In this document: positions 56,493 to 64,000 of the stretch, piece by piece
Layout: each line of letters starts with the position of its first letter
How positions within the stretch are numbered: the first letter of the stretch is position 1
IMG/VR virus record: IMGVR_UViG_3300036766_000988
Location: 1-64,000 of that record
Length of the DNA stretch: 64,000 bases
Strand: one strand, 5' to 3'
Notes under the pieces: model-generated
Seen by the model: only the letters and a program-made list of their open reading frames with translations
Told to the model about the DNA's origin: nothing
Databases searched by the model: none
Translations under genes and position numbers: made by a program

Positions 56493-56742
56493 GTTCGGCG
56501 GTTCCTTCGACGGTCGAGCCAGTTGAGAAAGCGCTGCCACCTGTTGGTGGGCCACCACGTGCGAACGAGCTTACTCCCGTAGGGGCGTCCGCGCAGGACT
56601 ACTTCCTTGAGGATGCCACACCGGCACTCGTGACACGTAGTGTCGATGGGATGCTCAGCAATCTTGTCCTCGGGGGGCAGCCTACTGAAGGCCCTTCGAC
56701 AGAAGGTGAAGTCGAGGAAGACGCCTCCTGGATAGTGGAGCT

Positions 56743-57105
56743 TCAAGCAAGCTTCTCCGTGGCAGTGAGTTCCATCCACCGATGATCGCACCGATTGCAC
56801 TTGAAATGAAAGTGCTTTGGTGCATTCGGGATCTCACACACGATGAAAGTCTGACCCCACCTCCGAAGAAACCAGAAACCGTTCTTCAGGACGTAGTGGC
56901 CGCTCCCGCGACAAATTTGTCCCCAGTAAGTGATGTACTCACTACTGGCCTTACACTCGGCGCACACACGTTTCCCAAACTCGACGAACGGAAGCATCTG
57001 GGAGGATGCTTCTTCCCGCGCCCGGCAGACTTCACACGCCTGGGCCCTGTAGGGGCTCTCGCTCTTGGGTTCGGATTCGGGTTTCTCCGTCACGACGTCG
57101 GTCAT
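56743..57105 (-). CDS. Zn-finger hypothetical protein
   Basis: CEVC, CAEC, CNRC; leaderless motif upstream. Confidence 0.6.
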   Translation of the reverse strand: MTDVVTEKPESEPKSESPYRAQACEVCRAREEASSQMLPFVEFGKRVCAECKASSEYITYWGQICRGSGHYVLKNGFWFLRRWGQTFIVCEIPNAPKHFHFKCNRCDHRWMELTATEKLA

Positions 57106-57124
57106 CGCGACTACTACACCGGCT

Positions 57125-57529
57125 CTAGTGCCAGTAGAGCGCCACGGGCGTTTCGGGGTCTAACCCCGCCAGGTACGCCCAGATGGCTTTGTTCTTCCGA
57201 TACTCGGTGACCCCCTTGCGCTTCGCAAGCGCTACGAGATCCTTCGCCAGCACGCAGTAGATCTCTTCTCCGTACGGAGTCGTTTTCGTGACCCCATACC
57301 CATGCTCCTCACACACCTGCTCCCCCTCGCCCACGACATAGCCTTCGGGAAGCCGATGCGTCCCCAGAAAAGAATAGAAGTTCTCGGAAACTGGTTTTCC
57401 GGTCTTCTCCTCGATCTTCTGGATCTCCTCGAAGATCGGACTGCGGTGGCAGTTGAGGATGGTGTGGGAAAACTGAAAGGAAGGCACCGGATACGAATCA
57501 AACGGCAACAGGTAGAGGTCGAGGCCCAT
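57125..57529 (-). CDS. Hypothetical protein
   Basis: MGLDLYLLP...VALYWH; 8 nt after GGTGTAG. Confidence 0.65.
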   Translation of the reverse strand: MGLDLYLLPFDSYPVPSFQFSHTILNCHRSPIFEEIQKIEEKTGKPVSENFYSFLGTHRLPEGYVVGEGEQVCEEHGYGVTKTTPYGEEIYCVLAKDLVALAKRKGVTEYRKNKAIWAYLAGLDPETPVALYWH

Positions 57530-57537
57530 GCTGTACT

Positions 57538-57834
57538 CTACACCGAAGAGTCGTCCCCCAAGAGACGTTCCCATGCAGTAGGGGCTACCGGGTTACGAAG
57601 CTCAGGCGTCCTGGCGCGGATGTAGTCAAGGACTTGTTGTTTCGTGAGACTCGGCTCATGCACCATCTTGGTCGTGATCTCACACAGAAGGGAATCATCC
57701 TGAACGATCAGCACAGCCATGGCCCGAGCTGTGATGAAGTCCCCAGCCAACACCGTCTCGACCAAAGCCTTGACCCGTACAGCCTTGGCATCCTCAAAGG
57801 CGTCGAAAGTTTGGTTGCGTTCTTCTGAGGTCAT
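57538..57834 (-). CDS. Small protein (tag PTAWERLLGDD)
   Basis: ATGA overlap. Confidence 0.6.
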   Translation of the reverse strand: MTSEERNQTFDAFEDAKAVRVKALVETVLAGDFITARAMAVLIVQDDSLLCEITTKMVHEPSLTKQQVLDYIRARTPELRNPVAPTAWERLLGDDSSV

Positions 57835-58367
57835 CGGAAAAACTTTCTCGCTCGAAAGTAGGTGTCGAGCGCCGCCTCAAGCCACTCACGAGGATCGTCG
57901 AAACCAGCCGCTGCCGTCAAACGATCCACCGTACGGGTATCCCCAAACATGGAGTCCCTGACAGTAGCGGCAAGCTTGTCCGCAGCCTCGGGCAACGAAA
58001 GAGGTATCCCGTGATCCTCCCGAAAGGATCCGGTCAAAAATTCGACGTGGCCATCGAGCAGCATTGTCAACATGCCGAGCCGAACCCCATTCGAATCCGC
58101 CAACGCTTGGACCTCTTGCGAGAGAAGAGGCTGACGCCACGACGCATTGGTCATCCGAAGCGTGATTCGAGAGCGACAAGATCCGTCCGGTGCCGCACCT
58201 TCGTTTGGAGGCGGATACGACGGCGTAATCCCAACCGTCCCCACCTCGATACCGTGGTTGATCGGCTCCCATGCCGTTGGCTCACGGACCCCAGCCACGA
58301 AGAGCTGGAGGGTGTCCGTCTCCGTGTACCACTCAACATGGTAGCCCACCCCCCGCTTGACGATCAC
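57831..58367 (-). CDS. Hypothetical protein
   Basis: GTGA-coupled start VIVKRGVG. Confidence 0.5.
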   Translation of the reverse strand: MIVKRGVGYHVEWYTETDTLQLFVAGVREPTAWEPINHGIEVGTVGITPSYPPPNEGAAPDGSCRSRITLRMTNASWRQPLLSQEVQALADSNGVRLGMLTMLLDGHVEFLTGSFREDHGIPLSLPEAADKLAATVRDSMFGDTRTVDRLTAAAGFDDPREWLEAALDTYFRARKFFR

Positions 58368-58732
58368 CGACGACCCCTGCGGATAGAAACGAATACCTGT
58401 TCGATTCGCGCTCGCCCTACAGGGTTCGCCGAGTGACATGTCAACTCTGCTGGACTTTCGAGACGGCCCAAGGCTACCTCTTCTTCGAGACAGGTCGCCA
58501 CGTCGTAGCCGGTCTGACCGGGCCCGAGATCATGGTCGAGCGACAAGCTCACAACTCGGTAGCCCTCGGTCCGCTGCCCATCCAGGATGTAGAGCGCCTG
58601 CCAGGCGGCCTCTACACGAGTCCACTCACTAGAAGGCGCCGGACGCTCGTCATCGAGCCACAGCTTCACCTGCTGGCCCTGCACGAACCGAGGACGGGCA
58701 TCCCAACAAGTCCCCCCACGGTCGATCATCAT
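58364..58732 (-). CDS. Cyclic-phosphate-processing receiver-like domain protein
   Basis: KLWLDDERPAP, SLDHDLG, GYDVA, HSANPVGRARI. Confidence 0.8.
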   Translation of the reverse strand: MMIDRGGTCWDARPRFVQGQQVKLWLDDERPAPSSEWTRVEAAWQALYILDGQRTEGYRVVSLSLDHDLGPGQTGYDVATCLEEEVALGRLESPAELTCHSANPVGRARIEQVFVSIRRGRR

Positions 58733-58740
58733 GCCGCTTC

Positions 58741-58977
58741 CTACACCGAGGACGCTTTTCGCATCTCCAGCACTTCTCCCGTGACCTTGGCGAGAAGACC
58801 CTCCAGGATACGGAGAGCTTCTCGGGCCTCCAGTTCCTCCTGGCCGGAGAAGTAGAAGACCACATGTCGGGCGCGGATCACAGCGCCTTCGATGGCTCGA
58901 AGGCGATTCGTCAGCGAGTTGCCGCCATCGCTCGCATCCCAGTCCGGTTTGTTGTACTCAGGCTTGTTGTGGCTCAC
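58741..58977 (-). CDS. Hypothetical protein
   Basis: ORF in tandem run. Confidence 0.5.
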   Translation of the reverse strand: MSHNKPEYNKPDWDASDGGNSLTNRLRAIEGAVIRARHVVFYFSGQEELEAREALRILEGLLAKVTGEVLEMRKASSV

Positions 58978-59603
58978 GGAGTAGTCCCCTCAACATCAAG
59001 CGATGCCTTCGCCTCCCTGAGCTTCTTCCCATACTCCGTCGCGTCATCCCACCAGGGGTCGATACGCCAGAAGTTGTTCCAGTAGCAGACGTCGATGGTC
59101 AGATGGTTGTCCCAACCTGCCTTGTCGATCGCGTCCCAGATATCACCCCGCTTCTTCCACGTACGACGCGAGATCCCCTCGGGCTCATCCGTGTTGTTCC
59201 AGTAACAGAAGTCGACGAGCCGCTTGTCCTCCTTCATGAAGTCGAGGACATCGCCCATAAGCATGTCGCAAAAGGGGATGAAGTACATCCGGCCTTCATA
59301 CTCCCAGATGCCCACCGAGACATCGAAGTGGAACGTGTTGCGTTCCATGAGGGTGACCTGTGCTCGGTAGCGCTCACGAACGAGATCGTGCGCCATCGAG
59401 TGGCGAGCCCCCCAGTCGTCTCGGGTCGCCCTGAGACGAAGATACTCATCCGAGTTCGGATCGATCTCCGCCATCACAGCTTCGTAGACGTTCCGAAGCT
59501 CCTTCCGAACGTTCTCGGTTCCGCGCTTCTTGATGTCGCGAACGACCTCCCAAAGCTTCGCGGGGTTCTTCAACCGGTACGCCGTGTAAATCTTGGTACT
59601 CAT
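58974..59603 (-). CDS. Phage hypothetical protein
   Basis: MSTKIYTAY...YWNNTDEPE..W..R...W. Confidence 0.7.
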   Translation of the reverse strand: MSTKIYTAYRLKNPAKLWEVVRDIKKRGTENVRKELRNVYEAVMAEIDPNSDEYLRLRATRDDWGARHSMAHDLVRERYRAQVTLMERNTFHFDVSVGIWEYEGRMYFIPFCDMLMGDVLDFMKEDKRLVDFCYWNNTDEPEGISRRTWKKRGDIWDAIDKAGWDNHLTIDVCYWNNFWRIDPWWDDATEYGKKLREAKASLDVEGTTP

Positions 59604-59716
59604 GGGCTCTAGAGAACTACACCAGGATCCCCAAACTCGCTGGTGTAAAGAACCCCATGCCGCTTCCGAACCCATTCGGTGTACCGTAGAGCAGGAGAGC
59701 CCACGCGGGCGCAACC

Positions 59717-61975
59717 ATGTCCAACGAGAAGCCTTCCATCGTCGTTGCCCCCAAGATCAAGGTGGATACCCTTCCGGAAACCCCAAGCGACTCCGCCCCG
59801 GAAATCGGACGATGGTACTGGGTTCACGAGCCCGTCGTGGAAGACTCGGAAGAGGAGCCCAACGATCTCGAACCCAAGAAAGACCGCTGGCTCGGGTGCG
59901 TCATCCACGTGGGATCGAACTACGCAGAGCTGCAAGGGGTCGGACAGTACAGCAACTCGGAACGCGTCCTGCTCGACGACTTCGAGGTTCGATGCACGTT
60001 CGTACCTGACGCGGACACCATCATCCAAACGAACGTGGCCAACTACCAGCAGAGAGTCCACAGCCTGATGGGGCAGGTGCGCGAGATCACCGCCCGGTTG
60101 GCCATCACGCCGGGCATGGCCCTTCCCCAGGGAGGGTCCGAAATGAGTGCTTTGGCGCTTCGTTCGGATCAGCCGATGGAGGACTACAAGACCGCCCTGG
60201 TCGAAGCCAAAGAGAAAACCTTGCCCGAACTGTTCAAGGCCATCCGAGCCGCGAACGAAGGGCTCGGCCGTTGGATGTCCGCAACCCTCATCCCGCTCGA
60301 AGCCCAAGCTGCCGCGTTGGAACCCGCCATCGGGGCGATCAAGAATCGCCTCTTCTCAGTCGAGCTGTACGCAGGTCTCGTCGAGGAAGTGGAGCAAGTA
60401 CGAGAAGGCGAGCCCGCTGCTCTCACCGAGAAAATCCACCTCATGCAGAGGCGTGCCTACATGGACGAGGAATGCCTCGCTCAATACGAAGTCGGGGGGA
60501 TGGAGTTCAAGGATTTACCCGCCTTTGATCGGTGGCTTGCACGCCCGGCCAACCTGAACCGACTGATGCCCTTTCCCCGGTGCATCCTCGCCTTTCGAGT
60601 TCGCCGTCACGAGAAGAACCGCGAGATGATCAACCTCCGGGACTTCCTTCGGATTCTCGATGGGATCGAAGCCGACAAGTCGACGTACCTCTACATCCGA
60701 AACGGCGAGCAACTCTTCCGGCTGGGGACCGCCATCGAGTTCGACGAGAAGCTTTTCCCGAATATGGATCACCAACGGCTCACGGGAAAGCTCTGGGCAA
60801 GGATGTTCGGCGATACCGTCGAGCACCTGATCTCGGACAACGAGTACCAAGCGCTGCTCGAACAAGACGCGAAGAACAAAAAGGAAGAGCGCTACTACCG
60901 AAGCTCCACGAGAGACTACCAGGAATTCTCGCCGGACAACGTCTACCACGACGACATCGCAAAGTACGTCCAAGAGGAGATCACGAAGCACAACCGACTC
61001 GTGTTGGTGCTGCAAGGACTTCTGGACCGATCTCCCGTGCTGCACCCGCACCCGCAGTGGTCGCTCTGGACTGCGGGAGGCTTCACGCAAGCCCTGACGC
61101 TCATCTACGACGATGCCCGTGCTCTGGTGGCGGGGCCCAAACCCGACTTCAAGCAGTACCGAGAGAAGCTCAACCGTTCGCTCAAGACCGGATCGGTGAC
61201 GGTCGGACAACAGAGGGCTTGGTTGAAAGCCGAAGCGGCCAAGGAATCGGATCGCAGAGACCGCGACTACCGGCACCAAAGTGACTACCGGCCCACGGAG
61301 TTCCAACCGCGAGGCAACCCTGGGCCTGGGTCGCTGGCCTACGTGAAGAATTTTCGAAAGACCGCCAAGACCTGTACCTACGAATGGGGTCGCCGACGAT
61401 CAGCCCAAAGCTGGAAGGATGATGCTCCCTTGGAACTTCGCTGCACCTTCACGACACCTGCCCAAAAGGTGCTCAACGTGTCGGCCTACAAACCGGGAGA
61501 TTTCCGGCTGTTCTTCAACGATCCCCGAACACGCTCCGAATACCTCAAGTGGGCCCCCATGCTTCTCGAAGCCGAGGAATTCCACGCAGGCAACCGACCC
61601 CTGAAGCCGCCGAAGGCGATCCCTCCGCGCAAGAAGACCGAGGATGGGAGCTGGCTCTACAGTCAGCGCAAGGCCCGCAAAGCTCTGATCGGGAAGGCCG
61701 TGCGATTGACCCGTGAGGTCGAGACCACGACCAACATTCGCTACAAGATTGGGAGCCTGTGGCGGGTCTACAACGACCGTGGGAAGTTCCTGCTGGTGGG
61801 CATCACACCGGAAGGCATCACAGAAGAAGAGCCTCGACGTCGCGTACGTGGAGTCGAAAGCTACTCATTCGAGGTCGACTACAAGGTACCAGCCATGCCG
61901 AAGCCCCAAACCGACCAGAAGCCGGAACCCAAGGCCGAACCGGACGAAGATGAAGACGAGGATTCCGACGAGTAG
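59717..61975 (+). CDS. Large conserved hypothetical protein (752 aa)
   Basis: Long ORF; ELYAGL.EEV, QRRAYMDEE, YIRNGE, GLLDRSPV, NPGPG blocks. Confidence 0.75.
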   Translation: MSNEKPSIVVAPKIKVDTLPETPSDSAPEIGRWYWVHEPVVEDSEEEPNDLEPKKDRWLGCVIHVGSNYAELQGVGQYSNSERVLLDDFEVRCTFVPDADTIIQTNVANYQQRVHSLMGQVREITARLAITPGMALPQGGSEMSALALRSDQPMEDYKTALVEAKEKTLPELFKAIRAANEGLGRWMSATLIPLEAQAAALEPAIGAIKNRLFSVELYAGLVEEVEQVREGEPAALTEKIHLMQRRAYMDEECLAQYEVGGMEFKDLPAFDRWLARPANLNRLMPFPRCILAFRVRRHEKNREMINLRDFLRILDGIEADKSTYLYIRNGEQLFRLGTAIEFDEKLFPNMDHQRLTGKLWARMFGDTVEHLISDNEYQALLEQDAKNKKEERYYRSSTRDYQEFSPDNVYHDDIAKYVQEEITKHNRLVLVLQGLLDRSPVLHPHPQWSLWTAGGFTQALTLIYDDARALVAGPKPDFKQYREKLNRSLKTGSVTVGQQRAWLKAEAAKESDRRDRDYRHQSDYRPTEFQPRGNPGPGSLAYVKNFRKTAKTCTYEWGRRRSAQSWKDDAPLELRCTFTTPAQKVLNVSAYKPGDFRLFFNDPRTRSEYLKWAPMLLEAEEFHAGNRPLKPPKAIPPRKKTEDGSWLYSQRKARKALIGKAVRLTREVETTTNIRYKIGSLWRVYNDRGKFLLVGITPEGITEEEPRRRVRGVESYSFEVDYKVPAMPKPQTDQKPEPKAEPDEDEDEDSDE

Positions 61976-61987
61976 CGTCTGAACAGG

Positions 61988-62215
61988 TCATGGCAGGAGC
62001 TTCTCGACTTCGACCCAAGGGCCGATGCCAAGTAGCTCCACCGAACCATCTTCCAAACGAACCTCCATCCGGACACCCGTCACGATGGAGCGACCCCGTA
62101 ATTCCATCGCCTTGGTCGTGATACTCACAACCTCGAAGACGTGTTCGGTCTCCTCGGGCTCACACGAAGCCGTCACACGGAAGAAATCCCCAGCTACCAG
62201 CTCGTAGGGCTTCAT
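61988..62215 (-). CDS. Hypothetical protein
   Basis: MKPYELVAGDFF; GGAGG SD. Confidence 0.5.
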   Translation of the reverse strand: MKPYELVAGDFFRVTASCEPEETEHVFEVVSITTKAMELRGRSIVTGVRMEVRLEDGSVELLGIGPWVEVEKLLP

Positions 62216-62219
62216 CGAA

Positions 62220-62852
62220 CTAGAACCTCCTCGCCCACTCTTCGAGCATCGACATGAAGAGGTGCCCCTGTTCGATGGCGTCATCCACCGCCACGTGAGT
62301 GTGGGGCTTGTTCGAGAACCACCGCTGCGGCATGTTCCGCTTCACGGACTCCCGGAACGAAGTTCCGAGCACCCCCATCGCGAACGTCTTGATGTCGAGG
62401 GCGCTGAAACTAAACGGACTATCGAGCCCGAATCGGCGGACGTACCAGTACACGAACGTGAAGTCGAAACCGGCGGGGTATCCGACGAAGACCGCGTTCC
62501 TGGCAACGCCGTTCTTCCCCAGCTCGATGCCGGGGAGACTGTTCACCCATGCGACGAATCGTGTCATCGCGACAGACGGCGCCAAGAGGTTCTCCCGGCA
62601 CGCCCTCCAGGCCTCGGGTTGGGTCGCCCACCACGCCATCGTGTCAGGCTCGGGCGTGGCGCCGTCGAGCAGTTCGAGGTTGGCCGAGAACGTCGAGATG
62701 ACGTTCTTGTTGAGGGTGAAAGGCTCTTTCGGATCGGTACGCTGATCTGGACGAAAAGCCGCCGCCCCGAAGCTGAGCATCGAGTTCGGGCCTGGGATGG
62801 GCCCGTCCGCTTCGATGTCCACGCTCACGTACACCTCACGCAGTAAATTCAT
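62220..62852 (-). CDS. DEDDh 3'-5' exoribonuclease (Rv2179c-like)
   Basis: [31 protein letters not shown]. Confidence 0.88.
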   Translation of the reverse strand: MNLLREVYVSVDIEADGPIPGPNSMLSFGAAAFRPDQRTDPKEPFTLNKNVISTFSANLELLDGATPEPDTMAWWATQPEAWRACRENLLAPSVAMTRFVAWVNSLPGIELGKNGVARNAVFVGYPAGFDFTFVYWYVRRFGLDSPFSFSALDIKTFAMGVLGTSFRESVKRNMPQRWFSNKPHTHVAVDDAIEQGHLFMSMLEEWARRF

Positions 62853-62870
62853 ACTGCGTCACTACACCGG

Positions 62871-62956
62871 CGGAGGCAGAGGGATTCGAACCCCCGGTGG
62901 GTATTACCCACGACTGCTTTCAAAACAGTAGGCATAAACCGCTCGCCCATACCTCC
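62871..62956 (-). tRNA. tRNA-Ser (UGA)
   Basis: Acceptor GGAGGUA/UGCCUCC, ACUGU-UUUGAAA-GCAGU, long variable arm, GGGGG-UUCGAAU-CCCUC, G73; followed by CCG, not CCA. Confidence 0.92.
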
Positions 62957-62960
62957 AAGG

Positions 62961-62988
62961 AAAAGGGACGGGATCTCTCCCGTCCCCC
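62961..62988 (-). terminator. Intrinsic terminator
   Basis: GGGACGGGA-gaga-TCCCGTCCC followed by TTTT. Confidence 0.65.
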
Positions 62989-63006
62989 GTCTACATCCTC
63001 ACCAGC

Positions 63007-64000
63007 TTACCAGCGGGTGGAGGACTTCGACTGCTTGATCTTCTTGGTCATCGACTTCTTCGCCGGGGCGGGCTTCGCCTTGGCGTCGTCATCGACGTTC
63101 GTCTGTGGAAGGGACGGCATCAGGATCGCCTGAAGAGCCGCATCGGGATCGACCGGCTGGATGATGGGGTTGATGAAGGGCTGCACGATCCCCCCGATGG
63201 GAGCCTGAACGTTGAAAGCGTTCGGGTCGCCGCCCCAGACGGCCGGGACGTTGCCCCCGATAACCGGGACGTTAGCGCCCCAGACGGGCGGGGCGTTGGC
63301 ATCCCCGACGGCCGGGATCACCTGCCCAACACCACCGGTGAACGCGTTGCTCGTCGAAGTCTGCACCGAGTTCGACATCTGAACGCCGTAGCTACAAAGC
63401 TCGTCCACCGCCGCCTCATCGCCCGCCGAGAGGCTCATCCCACGGGTACCGCCGCCTGAGAATGACCGGAGGTAGCCCTGGTTCGCCGTGTAGTTCCGTG
63501 AATCCGAGAGACGCATCCCGATGCCGTCTGCTGCGCACGCCGCTGCCGCAAGGCCTCGATGCCGGACGTTGTTCGACACCGCGTTCATGACCCCCTGAGC
63601 TGCCGCGAAGTTGCCCTTCTTGGCCTGCTCCTCCGCTTCGAGCTGAGCCCTGATGACCTCGTGGAGTCCGACGATCTTGTCCAGATCGGCGTTCGCCTTG
63701 GAGTCCTCGTCGCCCGCCTTGACGAAGTGGACCTTCGCCTTGGCCTCACCGGTCTTGTGCTCGCGCTTGCCGTTGGCGTCGATGACGTCGTACCCGAACT
63801 TCACGTCGAAGACATTGACCGCACGAGGAAACGCCTGCTTCTGCTCCTTGAGCTTCACGGCGAACACGAGATGACGCTGCTCTTCCGCGAGCACATCGGA
63901 GATCTTGATGTTGACCTCGCCCCCGACGTCCTCGCTCTCGGCCTCGACGTCGGTGATGACCCGCTCGATGGAGTGTCCGACGAGCGGAGAGACCTCGATA
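63007..64000 (-). CDS. C-terminal part of a large protein (possibly vWA-associated), 5' end beyond the window
   Basis: Frame open to the window edge; DVLAEEQRHLVF...AQLEAEEQAKKGNFAAA. Confidence 0.55.
   Translation of the reverse strand, partial: IEVSPLVGHSIERVITDVEAESEDVGGEVNIKISDVLAEEQRHLVFAVKLKEQKQAFPRAVNVFDVKFGYDVIDANGKREHKTGEAKAKVHFVKAGDEDSKANADLDKIVGLHEVIRAQLEAEEQAKKGNFAAAQGVMNAVSNNVRHRGLAAAACAADGIGMRLSDSRNYTANQGYLRSFSGGGTRGMSLSAGDEAAVDELCSYGVQMSNSVQTSTSNAFTGGVGQVIPAVGDANAPPVWGANVPVIGGNVPAVWGGDPNAFNVQAPIGGIVQPFINPIIQPVDPDAALQAILMPSLPQTNVDDDAKAKPAPAKKSMTKKIKQSKSSTRW

Noticed and set aside
1-64000. Genome-wide TAG recoding
   Set aside because: Long genes are intact under code 11 and TAG ends many genes at sensible positions

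Overview
This looks like a 64-kb segment of a large (jumbo-type), GC-rich tailed bacteriophage. There are no cellular housekeeping genes, genes are densely packed with ATGA/TGATG overlaps, and standard code 11 fits. The host is unknown; a myxobacterium-like host is only a guess. Positions 1-20 kb are a minus-strand virion module (baseplate/tail-type proteins, four tandem paralogous fibre-like proteins, HNH and GIY-YIG endonucleases). Positions 21-64 kb are an accessory region with a tail-fibre-like gene, nucleotide-metabolism and RNA-repair/anti-defence enzymes (2H phosphoesterase, metallophosphatase, DSP, thymidine kinase, nucleotidyltransferase, 5'-nucleotidase, Ro60/TROVE, Pth2-like, HAD, ART-like, DNA ligase, Nudix, exoribonuclease), tRNA-Ser(UGA), an amber-suppressor tRNA(CUA) and many small hypothetical genes. 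Main candidate novelties: (1) a leader peptide with an in-frame UAG followed by an RGPP arrest motif that overlaps an SD-sequestering hairpin, heading a gene run that contains a Pth2-like hydrolase and ends in the CUA suppressor tRNA, i.e. a putative amber-readthrough-sensing switch; (2) a Ro60 gene followed by a tandem array of 4-5 Y-RNA-like ncRNAs with constant stems and variable cargo; (3) a shared C-terminal peptide tag (TAWxRLLxDD-like) on at least 11 unrelated proteins, three of which appear to carry fragments of a major capsid protein; (4) a second RVVARFL tag on putatively late-expressed proteins; (5) recurrent leaderless promoter motifs. All family assignments come from motif recognition by eye; no database search was run.
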